Below, in pieces: positions 50,192 through 62,700 of a stretch of DNA of 64,000 bases (its first letter is position 1; the number at the start of each line of letters is the position of its first letter). The position numbers were made by a program, and so were the translations under genes. The notes under the pieces were generated by a model. That model was given only the letters and a program-made list of their open reading frames with translations. It was not told the DNA's origin and did no database searches. The stretch is from Cirrosporium novae-zelandiae (taxonomy: Eukaryota). The stretch covers positions 62,001-126,000 of the forward strand of contig JAPETS010000055.1 in the NCBI GenBank assembly GCA_026023565.1. The letters are read 5' to 3'.

Positions 50192-52453
50192 ATGTCCACC
50201 GCTGCCAAAGTCCCTACTCTGTTTTGTAGTGGCTGCAGACATGGACTATTAAAATCTTTTGCGGCTGTTTCTGGGGTTAGACTTCCAGTACACATTACTC
50301 AACCTTCTCGAATTTCAGTGATATACTCGCATAGTTTGAACAGACTCCCAATTAGGGCCTTTGCAGTAACATCAATTGGCCGGGAGCAAGGCAATCCAGA
50401 AGAACATACAAGCCCTATCGAACACCCGGAAAGTTCAAATCAGGCTTCAAATATAGTGGAGAATGCATCTTCAACTACAACAGCGGTAGAGTCAGTTCCC
50501 TGGTATCTTCAGGTCGAGAGACCCGCTATAACGGCAGATCCACTCGCGGAGCGGCAACATATCCCCGATCTTCCATCTAACCCTCCTCCAATCCTTGGGC
50601 CACTTCTCCAGCAAATTTCCATCGAGCTTGGTCTCGATGATCTCTCCCTTCTCGACCTTCGAGTGCTTGATCCTCCTCCTGCTTTGGGAGCCAATCTTAT
50701 CATGATCATTGGGACCGCCCGGAGCGTCAAACATCTGAACGTATGCGGGGATAGACTATGTCGATGGTTGAGATCGAATTATAAGCTGAGCCCAGTCGCA
50801 GATGGGTTATTAGGACGAAACGAATTGAAATTAAAATTGAGAAGAAAAGCTAGAAAGGCAAAATTATTGAAAAGTGTTGGTGCTCCCACTGACGATAAAC
50901 CAGATGATGGCATTCACACTGGTTGGATCTGTGTTAATATTGGCACCGTGGAAGGTGGGGTTATGATCGAAGAGGAAGTGGACGATCCTGAGTTCATTGG
51001 TTTTAATACTGGCAAGCGGGGGGCTAAAATTGTGGTCCAGATGCTCACTGAAGAAAAGAGAGCCGAACTAGATTTGGAAGGGCTGTGGACTTCAGCTCTT
51101 AACCGGCAGATGAAGAGGAAGGCAGCAGAGAAGAAAGCTAAGGAGGAAGAAATGATGGGGCTGTCTAGGAACATTCCCTCATCGTCCAGATATCACTTGT
51201 CAAAGAAGCCGTCTACTTCTTCCGTTTCAGGGAGATTGTCCAATCCAACTCACTTTGCCCAGACCCGGGGCTATAATTCCTTCACCAAAAGGTTTTATTC
51301 GTCGGGTGGTCTGTCACTAGAACCCCCCGAATCCCGTCAACAGGAACTCGGTCTGGAATATGCAGGCCTCGATAATCTCGACGTTGAGCGGAGAGGAATT
51401 CCTGGAAAGGTTGTTATACCTGGTGATAATCCTTCGGGCACTTTGCAGCAACATTCCGACGTATTAGGTCATCCGATACCGTTAAATAGTGTCGAATGCG
51501 TTGAGGCACCCCAGGAGTTAACGGCGCTTCTCCGCGACCTCAGGAGCATGCCACCAGAGGACGCCAGAACAGCTCTTGGGGAAGGCCTCGGAGACCAAGA
51601 GTCCACCCCATTCCTTCGGAAGTTTTACAAAAGTCTCACCATGCTCCCGAAAATTGAACGGACAGAATACCAAATTGGGTTAATTTGCTATGCTTTTGAG
51701 GTTAGGAACTTCAACTATAAACGACCTGCTCTGATGCATCTCTTCGACCAAATACGGGCTTCTCTCTTGCCGATTTCTAACAATATGTTTCGTCTCGTTC
51801 TTAAGGCCCTCCTCAGAATTAGTGAGGAATCACCTCATCTGAAAAAGGATCGGCTCTACAACCTGAGTTTAGCAAACAGAGTAATAGAAGAAATGTTTTA
51901 TCGTCGCCAGAATGCTCTAAATGAGGAGATTTTTGTCATGTTACTCGAAACAACGAGATTTTCGGGCGCCAACCAAAATCCACCAGATTCTACTCGGATG
52001 TCAGTTATCCGTCTTTTAACCGTCATGCAGATATACGATATTTCAATCATATCAACAGAATATCGGATCCGTTTACTGGAGGTCTGTCGTTCTGTGGGAG
52101 CTTGGTTTCAATTCTGGAAATCTTGGACTTTTTTTACGGTCAATGTCGAATACCCTTGTGACGCGACACTATACGCGTATCTCTATGATACAGTTGCTAG
52201 CGAAAATCGAACTGACATGTCTATGAAGGTACTTCGGTCTCAAGTGTCTGCCATGGAAGAAGAGGTTAATAATAAAATAAAAATAAGCAACAACCCGAAT
52301 ATTGCGAGGGCGTTATTGCGGAACCTGAAGATTGTGGAGCCGAATATCGAGCATTTAGCTAATACTTTACAAAAAGGCCAACCGCAGGGGGAATGGATTC
52401 CGATTTATAACAAGTGTATACTAGTTCTAAGCCCTCGAGAAGTGCCAAAGTGA
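50192..52453 (+). CDS. ATP25: Mitochondrial ATPase synthesis protein Atp25
   Basis: Presequence-like N-terminus, VPWYLQ, LGLDDLSLLDLR, PALGANLIMIIGTARS (RsfS-like), ADGLLGRNELK and LDLEGLW. Confidence 0.9.
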   Translation: MSTAAKVPTLFCSGCRHGLLKSFAAVSGVRLPVHITQPSRISVIYSHSLNRLPIRAFAVTSIGREQGNPEEHTSPIEHPESSNQASNIVENASSTTTAVESVPWYLQVERPAITADPLAERQHIPDLPSNPPPILGPLLQQISIELGLDDLSLLDLRVLDPPPALGANLIMIIGTARSVKHLNVCGDRLCRWLRSNYKLSPVADGLLGRNELKLKLRRKARKAKLLKSVGAPTDDKPDDGIHTGWICVNIGTVEGGVMIEEEVDDPEFIGFNTGKRGAKIVVQMLTEEKRAELDLEGLWTSALNRQMKRKAAEKKAKEEEMMGLSRNIPSSSRYHLSKKPSTSSVSGRLSNPTHFAQTRGYNSFTKRFYSSGGLSLEPPESRQQELGLEYAGLDNLDVERRGIPGKVVIPGDNPSGTLQQHSDVLGHPIPLNSVECVEAPQELTALLRDLRSMPPEDARTALGEGLGDQESTPFLRKFYKSLTMLPKIERTEYQIGLICYAFEVRNFNYKRPALMHLFDQIRASLLPISNNMFRLVLKALLRISEESPHLKKDRLYNLSLANRVIEEMFYRRQNALNEEIFVMLLETTRFSGANQNPPDSTRMSVIRLLTVMQIYDISIISTEYRIRLLEVCRSVGAWFQFWKSWTFFTVNVEYPCDATLYAYLYDTVASENRTDMSMKVLRSQVSAMEEEVNNKIKISNNPNIARALLRNLKIVEPNIEHLANTLQKGQPQGEWIPIYNKCILVLSPREVPK

Positions 52454-52884
52454 TGTACGCTTCCACTTTAGGGATGCTAATGTTATAGGAAGTAAAGCCC
52501 TGTATGATGGCAGCATGCTCATCAAATGAGGCCAAATACTTTTGGTTCATCATGGTCGAAACAGCAAGCAAAAGTGGAGATAAGCTCCAAGAATATATTT
52601 TTGGCGTTGGTATCTTATGTTGTAAGATACTATCATGTAATTAAAAAACATTGTATTACGTACCTTAGAGCATTTTTAATCCAACTCCAATGTAGGCTTT
52701 GTAATTGTATCTAAACCACACTGTAATTTTCCTAAATTCTTCCACCATAGACTATACTACCAGGAAGAATCCTAAAAAAAATTATATAAAACACATACTA
52801 CACATACGACATATAAGACACATAAGACACACAAGACCAAACAGAACCCCACCTCCCCCACCAAAAAAAAACGCCATCCCCCTC

Positions 52885-54288
52885 ATGCCCCCGTCACCAC
52901 CACCACCGCGCCCCCCCACGCCCCCCTCAATCCTCTACCACGACGCCAGCTTCACAACCATCCTCCTCGACATCCCCAAATCCCTATCAGAAGCGCAACA
53001 ACAACAAAAATGCCTTCTCCTCCCCCCCACCACCGGCGTCTCACCACAATTCCTCGCACCCCCCGGCCCCACAACCCCATTCCCAACCCCGGAGCCAAAA
53101 ACCCCAGCCGCGAGACAACGAGTCCTGGAACGGATTCCGAGAGAGCAGAGGGAGAGGGATGAATTGATTCGGGAATTGGTGGGGGGGGCTTTGGAGGAGG
53201 TTGGGAGGGTTTGGAAGGGGGGATGGTGCTTGGAGAGAGTTGGGGAAGGGGTGGAGGGGATGGGGAAGAGTGAGGGGGAGGAGGAGGTGGGGAAAAAGCG
53301 GGAAAATACTACGGAAGAAAATAATGATAATGACAAGAACCCCGCCACCACTATAAACAACACCGGCTACTCCATAATCCTAAACCCCACCCACACGTTC
53401 CTCCCCTCCTTCACCACCCTCCCCCCAGGCACCACCATCCCCGTCCAAAACCCCCACCCGCACTCTACGCACCTAACCCTCTTCCCTCCAGAAAAAACCT
53501 ACACCATTCCCCCCCAATCCCATTTCCTCCCCCACACCCTAACCCCCTCTATCCAAACCCTCCTCCCAACCCTCCTCACACCCTACAACAACAACCCCAG
53601 GTACACCCACATCCTCCTCGACCCCCCCTACCCTAACCGTTCCGCATCCCATTCCTCCTCCTACCTTACCCCCCCATCCTCCTCCCAAACCACTCCCCCA
53701 CTCACACTCTTCCAAAACTTCCTAATCGAAAACCCAGAAGTCCTAGCGCCTGAAGCGGTGATTGCGATATGGGTTACGAATTCCGCGCGGGCGAGGCGGC
53801 AGGCGAGGGAGTTTTTGGAAGGGGTGGGGGCCGGGGTAGGGGGGGTGGTGGAGGAGTGGGTTTGGGTTAAGGTTACGCAAGGGGGGTTACCGGTGGTGGG
53901 GTTGGGGGGGGTGTGGAGGAGGGGGTGGGAGGTTTGTTTGGTTGCTAGAGTAGGTGGAGGGGTGGGGGTGGGGGAAGGGAATGGTGGTGGTGGTGGTGGT
54001 GGTAGTGGTAGTAGTACTAATAGGGAGGAGAGTACTAATGTCTCTGAACCTCCGCCGTGTAAAAGAAGGATCATAATCGCGGTACCGACATTTCATTCTC
54101 AGAAACCGTCGTTGGCGTATTTGTTACCGAGGTTATTTCCTGTTCCTTCGTCCGCTTCTCCAAACGGCGATGATCAAGAAGAAGGAAAATTCATGGGTTT
54201 GGAAGTATTTGCGCGGAATCTAAGTGCGGGGTGGTTTTCTGTGGGGGATGAATGTTTGAAGTTTAATGAGGATGTTTATTGGGGCTGA
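52885..54288 (+). CDS. MT-A70 family adenine methyltransferase, METTL4-like, intronless
   Basis: LLDPPYPNRS, IWVTN, EEWVWVKVT..G.PV, HSQKP and LEVFARNL.AGW.S.GDE; first ATG at 52885. Confidence 0.88.
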   Translation: MPPSPPPPRPPTPPSILYHDASFTTILLDIPKSLSEAQQQQKCLLLPPTTGVSPQFLAPPGPTTPFPTPEPKTPAARQRVLERIPREQRERDELIRELVGGALEEVGRVWKGGWCLERVGEGVEGMGKSEGEEEVGKKRENTTEENNDNDKNPATTINNTGYSIILNPTHTFLPSFTTLPPGTTIPVQNPHPHSTHLTLFPPEKTYTIPPQSHFLPHTLTPSIQTLLPTLLTPYNNNPRYTHILLDPPYPNRSASHSSSYLTPPSSSQTTPPLTLFQNFLIENPEVLAPEAVIAIWVTNSARARRQAREFLEGVGAGVGGVVEEWVWVKVTQGGLPVVGLGGVWRRGWEVCLVARVGGGVGVGEGNGGGGGGGSGSSTNREESTNVSEPPPCKRRIIIAVPTFHSQKPSLAYLLPRLFPVPSSASPNGDDQEEGKFMGLEVFARNLSAGWFSVGDECLKFNEDVYWG

Positions 54289-54880
54289 GGGATCGGGGAT
54301 GGGGTTGTAGGGATGGGGGTGTTCTGATTGTTATAGATATCTCGTATTGTATTAGATAAATGTGTTGATTGATGTGGTTAAGTTGGTTAGTCAGTCAGTC
54401 GGCCAGGCCTATAGGCTTATTTGTTTTTGTTTTTTGTTTTTTGTTTAAAAAGAGTCTTTATGTTACTTGAGAGAGATTATTCAATTGTGGATTTAGGTGG
54501 TGTTGTGCTGACTTTTAGGTATGATATATTACTTAGCCAAGGCTAGAGTTATTATTAGATGTAGGTTAAATAGTAATGGAGTTTTCAAGAAAGCGCCCAG
54601 TGGGATACTGAGTAGGTTCTAAGAATGGAGTCTCGGGGGAATAATTAGCATCTGAAAACTTCTTTTTTTTATGGAGAGGTCTCTCCAGTATTGCATATAT
54701 AGCAATCAAGTCTTTAGCTTTGCAAGACATATATTTGAGCGTACATAACAAATAATTGTAATATATGTACCAGTAAACACTTTTTACCTGCTCAAAGATC
54801 CCCCGGGGAGCTTGTATTGCGAGAGCGGCTCATGTAAGGGCCGCGATTCGTTTCCGAGGTCAGCGGCTATGCGAGTCACC

Positions 54881-57800
54881 TTACGACCAGGTCGTATATC
54901 CGAATGTCCCATTCTCTGGTATCGCTTTCCATGCCACACTATTGCCATCGGCAGTATTTTGCCATACTGTGTTACCCCACCAATCGGGCATAGACCCACC
55001 AGGGCTGGAGCGTTAAACATTAGCGGGAAGCTCCTCGGAATCCAGAAAGAGACTTACTAGGAAACACATAGGAAGATAACGAGGCCTGATAAAGCAAGGC
55101 CAGTATCCAATGCCGCAGCTAAGACGTAGTTATACTTTGACCACTAGATCCCATGTTAGTGAGGTAACTATGGGGTTACGGAAAGAAATTAGACTTACCC
55201 AGGCTCTCCATCTTTTCTTGATCCAGTAATTGAATATTATGTTGACGAGGGCCCAGGATGAATAATTGACACCTTTATAAATTAACTTATACATCCTCAT
55301 ATTTTTTTCCTGGGCTTACCTGTTGCGGGTGGGACGTTATATGTTCCTACAAATATTAATGGCCAGTTGATGAGCTTCCAGATTGGTTTCTTGGTGTATT
55401 TGTAAAGCAGCCAAGTGATAACGGGCATCACTACACCAATCCAAAAGAAGTGATTTAGACCAGAATAGATTTTGCCAGCAGAGTACCTAAGCATATATCA
55501 GCCAACAGAAAGTTTCATAAGACATCAGAAATTAACGTACATGCGACCAGGCCCTACTAGTCCCCAGATGACGGAACTTGACCAGACTGTACGTCCATTA
55601 GGGCAGCTGAAGCCTAAAGAACTGTACTTAGCATGACCTATAATATTAGCGGAGGTAATGAAATTTACCATCAGCTTGATCCTCGCTACAAACATTATCG
55701 ATATGTCCCAATGACCACAGGACAACACCTAACAGTTTTAGCACTTTCATTGTTTCGCAGTAATCAAGAATGAATTACCTGTTTGAGTAAGAGCACCAAT
55801 AATTGTAGCTCCTCCTTGAGCAAAGAACAAAGTCCTTGGTGGAATTTTGAGGTAATGGCCAATTTTCATCTAAAACTTGTCAGCAAAGCTATAAAACTTT
55901 GAGTAGGCTGACCTACATCTTGAGCAAAGTAAAGCCCATTCCCGACCACGTCAGTGGAGAGAATCTTGAAGACCATATTGGCAATTGGCTTGCCAGCGAA
56001 CAGGTAACCACCAATAAATTCAGACAAAACGTTAAGCTGGCTTGCATTTACATTGGTAATTGCTTGGATGATTCCGCAGGGTATCATATAGATGATAGGA
56101 ACCACAAGAGCAAGTACAACACCGTAGATAGGTAAATTCGTGTCATAGGCTTCTACCATTGCACATGCCATAGCAAATATGACGACAGTAATGGCAGCAA
56201 ACCAGTACCATGGTACCTTTTTGTAAACACACATCAATCGCCCATGGATGTCGAGTTTGTTTGTGCCCTTGACACCCTCCCAAATCTCCGTTGCATGCCA
56301 GAGATAGACGTGGACAAGAACTGAAGTGATGGAGGCAAATGACAACCCATATACAAAAGCGAACGTTGCTGGCAGATAAGGGGGGGAGTAGTTCTTGTAC
56401 TTCTCAACATCCAGGAGACCACCAGCTGTCAAGACCTTGGTTGTATCATATACGCTTCCGGTATTATCATAAACGTCGGCGGTCATCAAAGGCAAGTACG
56501 CCGTGAACCAGGTATTGGTATAATAAATTGCAGGAACACTAATTCACCAAATTAGTTTCAAATACAACCAATTTAAGGTTTGCAGTTGACTTACATGACC
56601 CAGAAAGCAAAAACAAAGCCCAGAAAGACATTTATAGCAGCCCATGCAGGAGATAGAAGTGGATTAGTGTTGTATGCAATCATTGACCAATCGAACGTGA
56701 TTGGGCTTAGTCCCAATCCGGAGTTGAACCCAAAGAGTTGGTTCACTATAACATTATTTGGGACGATCCCTAAGCCAAAATAGTCAGTAAATAGTAACAA
56801 TCAAGGAGCTCTTAAAACTGGGCGTATATACATAATATGAATGTAAAATATGAAAGCCCGGTGAAAATAAATCCGGGGAACCAGTACCAACAAAAGGCTC
56901 CAGCCATGACATAGAAGAAGAATCGAAGACGAGATATCTTCCAGCCACTAGCTACAGCATTGGCCCGAGAATGAAGGGTGGTGAGGAGGGCGCAATTGGA
57001 TAGCACACTAGGCCAAATCATGGCGGCTGGTTCCACGATCCACTATTGTACACAATTAGAGCTATTAATTTTGGAACGTTGGGGGTATAATGAATGAATG
57101 GGTGTGTGTGAGCGGTTGAGTGAAGTGGGGTATTAGTTTGGAGTTTCGCCACCATGGGTGGTTGTCAAGGGTTGAGCGGATTTACCTTTGCCGCCAAACC
57201 AGCCACACCGAAACCCATCAATTGACAAACTAAGACAATCATCACATTAAAGCCAGTCTTTAGCTTAATGCCATAAAACTTTGCTGCTTGGATAATATTC
57301 GTAGCATCAGCGCCTCCAGTCCCGTACGATACATTAGCCATGATCGTAATAACGGCATGTTCCTTGATATTGAACCTTCGGTCCGGATTCACGCAAAAAG
57401 AGAAAGGTCCTAGGCGTATAGTTGTAAGAGGAAGCGTCTTTGCGAGAAATACACCGCACGGATATGCCAGTAGTTCCGCGACCAAGGATACAATGTGCAC
57501 GGAAGGATAGCGCAAAAAGAAGAACTCGTTTACACCACTCCCGATTATCGTAAAAACTATACCAACGAGCCACATTCGAAGAGTGTTGACGGGCATCGAT
57601 GGTTCGTCTTGTTCAGATACCACCGCCCGGACTAGGAGAATATTAGCATGACCCTAACCTCGGAATAGCGTCATAACCTTCAGGGTATGGGGAATGGTCG
57701 GAATCCACAGTAATGGATTCATTCTCCCCTTCCTCGAGAACCTTGCTAACATCGACCTCAAGATCCGCCAAAGGGCCCTTTTCGGGGTCTATGGGGTCCT

Positions 57801-57882
57801 TGACGAAAACATCTTCGCCAGCATCAAGAACAGGACTCCCATGTTCTTTGGTCTTTTCGATCTCAGACGTCGATTGCGACAT
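54881..57882 (-). CDS. OPT family oligopeptide transporter (about 11 introns)
   Basis: SPYPEVRAVV, NTLRMW, FNIKEH, KIPPR, WSKYNYVLAAALDTG and DWWGN; stop at 54881-54883. Confidence 0.93.
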
Positions 57883-58069
57883 TTCGACTGTTAATATCCC
57901 TTACCCAAGGGTCTTCACGAAATATAGAAAATCCACCCATTGTAAGAGCGCACCCTGCAGCAGTATTTATTATTCCCCCAAAATTTTGAATGCCATGGAT
58001 GTAACGCGGCAATCTCCCCGCTATACAGAAAAAGGCAGGCAGTTCGTACGGGGGAGAGCATAGCACGGA

Positions 58070-58220
58070 TCATGTTATCTCGAGATTCGTAGGAGGAAGC
58101 GATCATTTTGATAATTGATAATTGGGATAGGTTGTTGATAAGAGGATAAGAGTTCATGTTAGTGTACTCGAGTAGTTCCGGTAAATGGGTGATTGCACGG
58201 CGGCAAATTGTTATCTCGAA
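58070..58220. promoter_or_regulatory. Dense GATA-site cluster upstream of the OPT gene
   Basis: ttatct...tgataattgataattgggatag...tgataagaggataag...ttatct: about seven GATA cores in 150 bp. Confidence 0.6.
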
Positions 58221-58774
58221 ACCCTGCTTAGCCCGAGGGTGGTTCGCATGTTTGATGGTGCATTATACTGTCCTGTAGTCTACCTTTCGATGGAAATAAA
58301 AATGAAAGTGACTAGACCCAGAAAAGTGACCTTGAGGAGGCCTTCAAATAACCGCAACCGCAGCTGGTTCACAGGTTAAGCTTCCCGCCAACTTAAGAAC
58401 TCTGCTTGAGAACCATTGAAAGGTATCGATTGAAAGAAACAAGACATGAGGCTTATAGTCAAGCCGTAATTGATGCTTGTCATAGAATCTAAGGTCAATC
58501 TCAGTTCAGCCCTCCCTCATGCGATATCGGACCAATGCCATTGGATTTCACCGACGACTTTCTAACGCAGCGGCCCGAAACCTGGATGATAAGAAATAAA
58601 TAAACAATAATTTACAAGGTCATCTATTCGTGCAATATTTGCTATTTACGTGGGAGCCTTCCTCTTAAATACAATTTGTTTACAATCTGTTGGAGGATGC
58701 GACAAATGCGACTACAGTCTCAGATGGTATTTAGCAAACCCCTATGAAGCATCAGCACTGACACAGAATAGATA

Positions 58775-59779
58775 TTACAGGAAATACATACATGCGCCAT
58801 CAATCATATGAACAGCACCTGAAATAAAGGTCGATTCATCACCTAGAAGGAAGACGACGAGATTTGCGACTTCTTCGCATGTTCCAATCCGTCCTAGAGC
58901 TGCAGGATTATTCGCCTTTTGCTGTTCTGGTGTGAAGACTTTTGCAGCATCCTGTTGCATTGGAGTATGAACGTATCCGCTACAAAATTGTTAATTCCTT
59001 GTAGTAGTAGCAGCTGGAGAGACACTCTTACGGACTAATCACATTAACACGGATGTTGCGCGATCCCACTGAACACAAGTCAGGTGTCTTCGAGCTCAAG
59101 TAATATCTATTTTGGAAATGAATATTTAATAACCTTTGAAACTCACCTTCTTTAGCAGCAGATCGGGTCAAGCCTATGATACCATGCTGTCGAACTTATA
59201 AACACAAGGGCTTCAGTTTTGGGAAGTGTTTGGTATACCTTGGAAGCCGTATATGCGCCATTGGTAGCACCCCTATCAAAGTCAGTATACCTGTCTTGCT
59301 GTAAGACTCTGATCACCTCACCCTATCACTCCGAGTACACTAGAGCAGTTCACAATGGAGCCGCCAGCAGAATTCATGGCGCCTAATTGGGCGCGAAGGC
59401 AATGCATCGTTCCAGTAAGATTCACATCTATGATGAACTTCCAATCATCCTCATCTTGCTTCTCGATTGGCACGTATAGATTATTTCTTCCAAAGATGCC
59501 CGCAATGTTAGCGCATCCATCAATTGGACCCAATTCATCCACCGTGGTCTTGATCCAAGCATCAACTTGGTTTCGATCACGAATATCTGTCTTCATGGTA
59601 AGAACTTTGGCTCCATTGTTCTCCTTCTTTATTTCTTCTGCTACTGTGTTCAACAATTCATCCTGTATATCGGTCAGAGATACCGTCGCTCCACGGCTAG
59701 CAAGCAACTTGGCGGTTGATTTGCCCATTCCGGACGCAGCTCCAGTGACAGTAAAGACTTTTCCTTGTAGAGAAGCCAT
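58775..59779 (-). CDS. Short-chain dehydrogenase/reductase, multi-exon
   Basis: TGAASGMG, NIAG, VNLTG, NCSS, YTASK (YxxxK), IRVN.ISPG and FISGAVHMIDG. Confidence 0.93.
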
Positions 59780-62700
59780 TGTAAGGAATAGGATGTTCAC
59801 GGGTTGAAGAATATGACAAGATGCCTCGAATGATATAAGTAAGAGAAACTTTGCAACAAGGAGGTCGTAGAGTAGAAGATAAGAAAGGAGGGCATCAAAG
59901 ACATAGGAAGATTAATAGACTAACATCCTTGTGCCAAGTGGGGGTGGAACGTGATAAAGTGATTGAACTTGCAACGCGTTTCCACAGCTTCCCCACATTT
60001 TGAAGAAGTTGGAGGAGGGGAAGAGTTAGGCTGTTTAAGGGGTTCAAAGTATCCAAAGTGGTTAGGGATCGTGAGAGGATTCAATAAGTCTCCACCTTTA
60101 GCTAGCCTGCCGTACCTAAGATTGTAAATACCTAGGTAATTACAGTAACTAGGTACCTGGGAGGTACATTACCGAGGCCCAAGTTATCTACCCACAATTA
60201 ACTTCTCACCAACCATTACCTTTCCTTTGATTATCAAAACTTCACAATTCAACGCATCTAGAGTTATCAAAGTCTAGTTTATTCCAATAATGTTTATATT
60301 CTCTATCTGAACCTCTTTGAAACTAACCTCAGCCAATTTTTTAACCATCTTAAAGCCTCCACAATACCGCATCAAACTATTATTTAGGTCACCTCCAACA
60401 ATGACCCCAACATCAACTTTCCCTCGGATATGTGAGCGAGGACCAACAGACTCTGTAGAAAGTAATATTATAGCGCTCCTCTCTTTCTTGTTGCCTTTTC
60501 CAAAGTGAGAGCACTGCGTGGATGGAAGGTTGCCTCGCACATGTAGAAGTTGGTACTGCTCTCGCCTAGAGTTCTCACACCACCGATCTTGTCGTCATCG
60601 CCTATCACAGTACCTAGGTGGGTACATTATCGAGATATTCCCACCTCTCACCCTCCCCCAGAAAGAGAAGAATGGATATTTTGAAATGGTGGCTTATAGG
60701 CGATCATGAGAATCTACCCATCTCAACTCTTCAGTTGAACAAAACCGAAGGATCTTTGCACAAGTAAAGTAATACCATCGTGTTGCCTTTGCCATATATA
60801 TCCATTCTGATTGTCAGTACTTCATCACTTTGGACCTTGGTTCCACAAGTAAATGTTAATGCTTGCCAGAACCGCAGAGATCTTGAAATGTTGCAAGATA
60901 TTTGTGAGGTCTCTACCCACTGCTAGAGGAAGAACTCATCTATTTGTGGTTGGTTGTTTGCTGTACTATGATTTCTCATATTTTGTGTTGTAACATCATC
61001 AATTGTTGTATGGCGTGTAGTGATGGGCGTCTATCAACGCCATGGTCAGTAGGCCGATGGGTAAGTGAACTGGGCTGGCAGTGTGATGATCTTGTCGTGC
61101 AAGGTACTATCCACACAAGTTCTAGGCAAAGTTCCTCCAAGACATGCGGGGTCCTATCGTTGACGGAGCAGTAAAAGTGGCAGGTAGTTATAGGCTGAAG
61201 TTGGATTTTGATTGTGCCAATTGGAATAAAAGATTTGTGTCCAGTCTCCCTGGCTTGCAATAGAAGGCGAAGTTCTGGTATCGTCCAACATATCACCTTG
61301 GGAAGCTGGTTGTTGATCGTTTCTATCTTCGTCTTCGTCGTCTTCCGGTCCGACCAGGCCAGGCCAGACCATACCACCCTGAGGCGGGCAAAATAACTTC
61401 ATGACAGAAATGGTACAAATCAACCAGCCAAGCACCAGACTCGTCTAGTGTTTCCCGCGATATAAAAATCGGTTGGATATAGGGGTAATATCACTTGAAA
61501 TCGAGTGTTTATAGTAGAGAAAAGAAAGGGGGGAAAAACGACAAGGAAAGAAAACAAACATGAAAGCCACCATTCTTGAAAACGCAACTAAACACGAAAG
61601 CAAATACCAAGCAACATCCCGCCACTAGGGTTCGGGGTAATATATAGAGAGGCACCTCATCATAGAGGGAGTCCGCGTACAGCAGGTTTCGGATTATTAA
61701 TTGATTTACCATAGATAAGAGGATCTTGCTGAGCCCCCTGCTCCTTAGAACGAGTTGATGTCCTTTGTGAGTGTGAGTCAAAGGTAAGGATATATCTATA
61801 CAAAATAGAAAAAAAATGACAAAAGAAACAAGACATGAAAGAAACAAACACACCAAGCACAGAAACGAGTACACATGAAATGAAAGTAGAGAAAGAAACG
61901 TAAATCTCCCAAGATATCTCAAACCAACACACCCCGAGCTCCCTCCCCCTAGAGCGGTTGTCAATCATCATGTTGTTGCGTACTCTGCCGATGATCCAGC
62001 CATGAACAAATTTCTAGAAACCCTATCCTTAGTAGGGCAGGCCCCTTGTTATATATAACATCCCCTAAAGGTGGAGGTAGAGGCAAAACCAACCAACCCC
62101 ATGAACTCCATAACATCTCAAACCAACACCCCCACCTAAGGTGTAGGCGGAGGTAAATCTCAAAAGCCATGAATGTTTGGAAACTTGTCAACTTTTGCTT
62201 CCGCAGCGAAGGTTTTCCTCCAGCTTCTCTCCATGTTTGTCATAAAAGACCAACCCGTGCTTGCTTGACCAAGAATAATCAGTTGAGCTTGACAACTTGT
62301 TTTAATTTCTTCGCTTGGGTTATGGTAATGAATGTGTTAGGATGTATTTGGTTATCTTCTGAGGCGAATATCTCCTCCCCTCCCACTTAACAATCCCACC
62401 AACCAACCCCCTTCATTTTCGAATGACGCCGGCGAGGTAACGGAAAAGCAAAGCCAAAATAAATTTAGAAATGCTATAAGCCTTTCATGCTTGCGGGGTT
62501 TTTGTCTTGTCCCTACTGGATCAAAACAAACAGCAGCCAAACCCCCCCGCTTGATCGAAATATAGTTGTTGATGTATTCACATTCGACCCCAAGAGTAAA
62601 ATGGTAAGGTATATAACAACCCAGCCAGCCTTTTTGATTGATTGCTTGCTCGACACCGTTGCCACCGCGGGCACTGGAAAGGAAGAAACAAATATATCAA

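Noticed and set aside
52705..52884. N-terminal extension of the MT-A70 ORF (HIRHIRHIRH)
   Set aside because: TTG start and a 9-bp simple repeat; the first ATG at 52885 precedes the homologous region.
61880..62170. Duplicated ATCTCAAACCAACACCCC (about 61916 and 62116) as LTRs
   Set aside because: Only about 18 bp, with no TG..CA termini or internal coding sequence.
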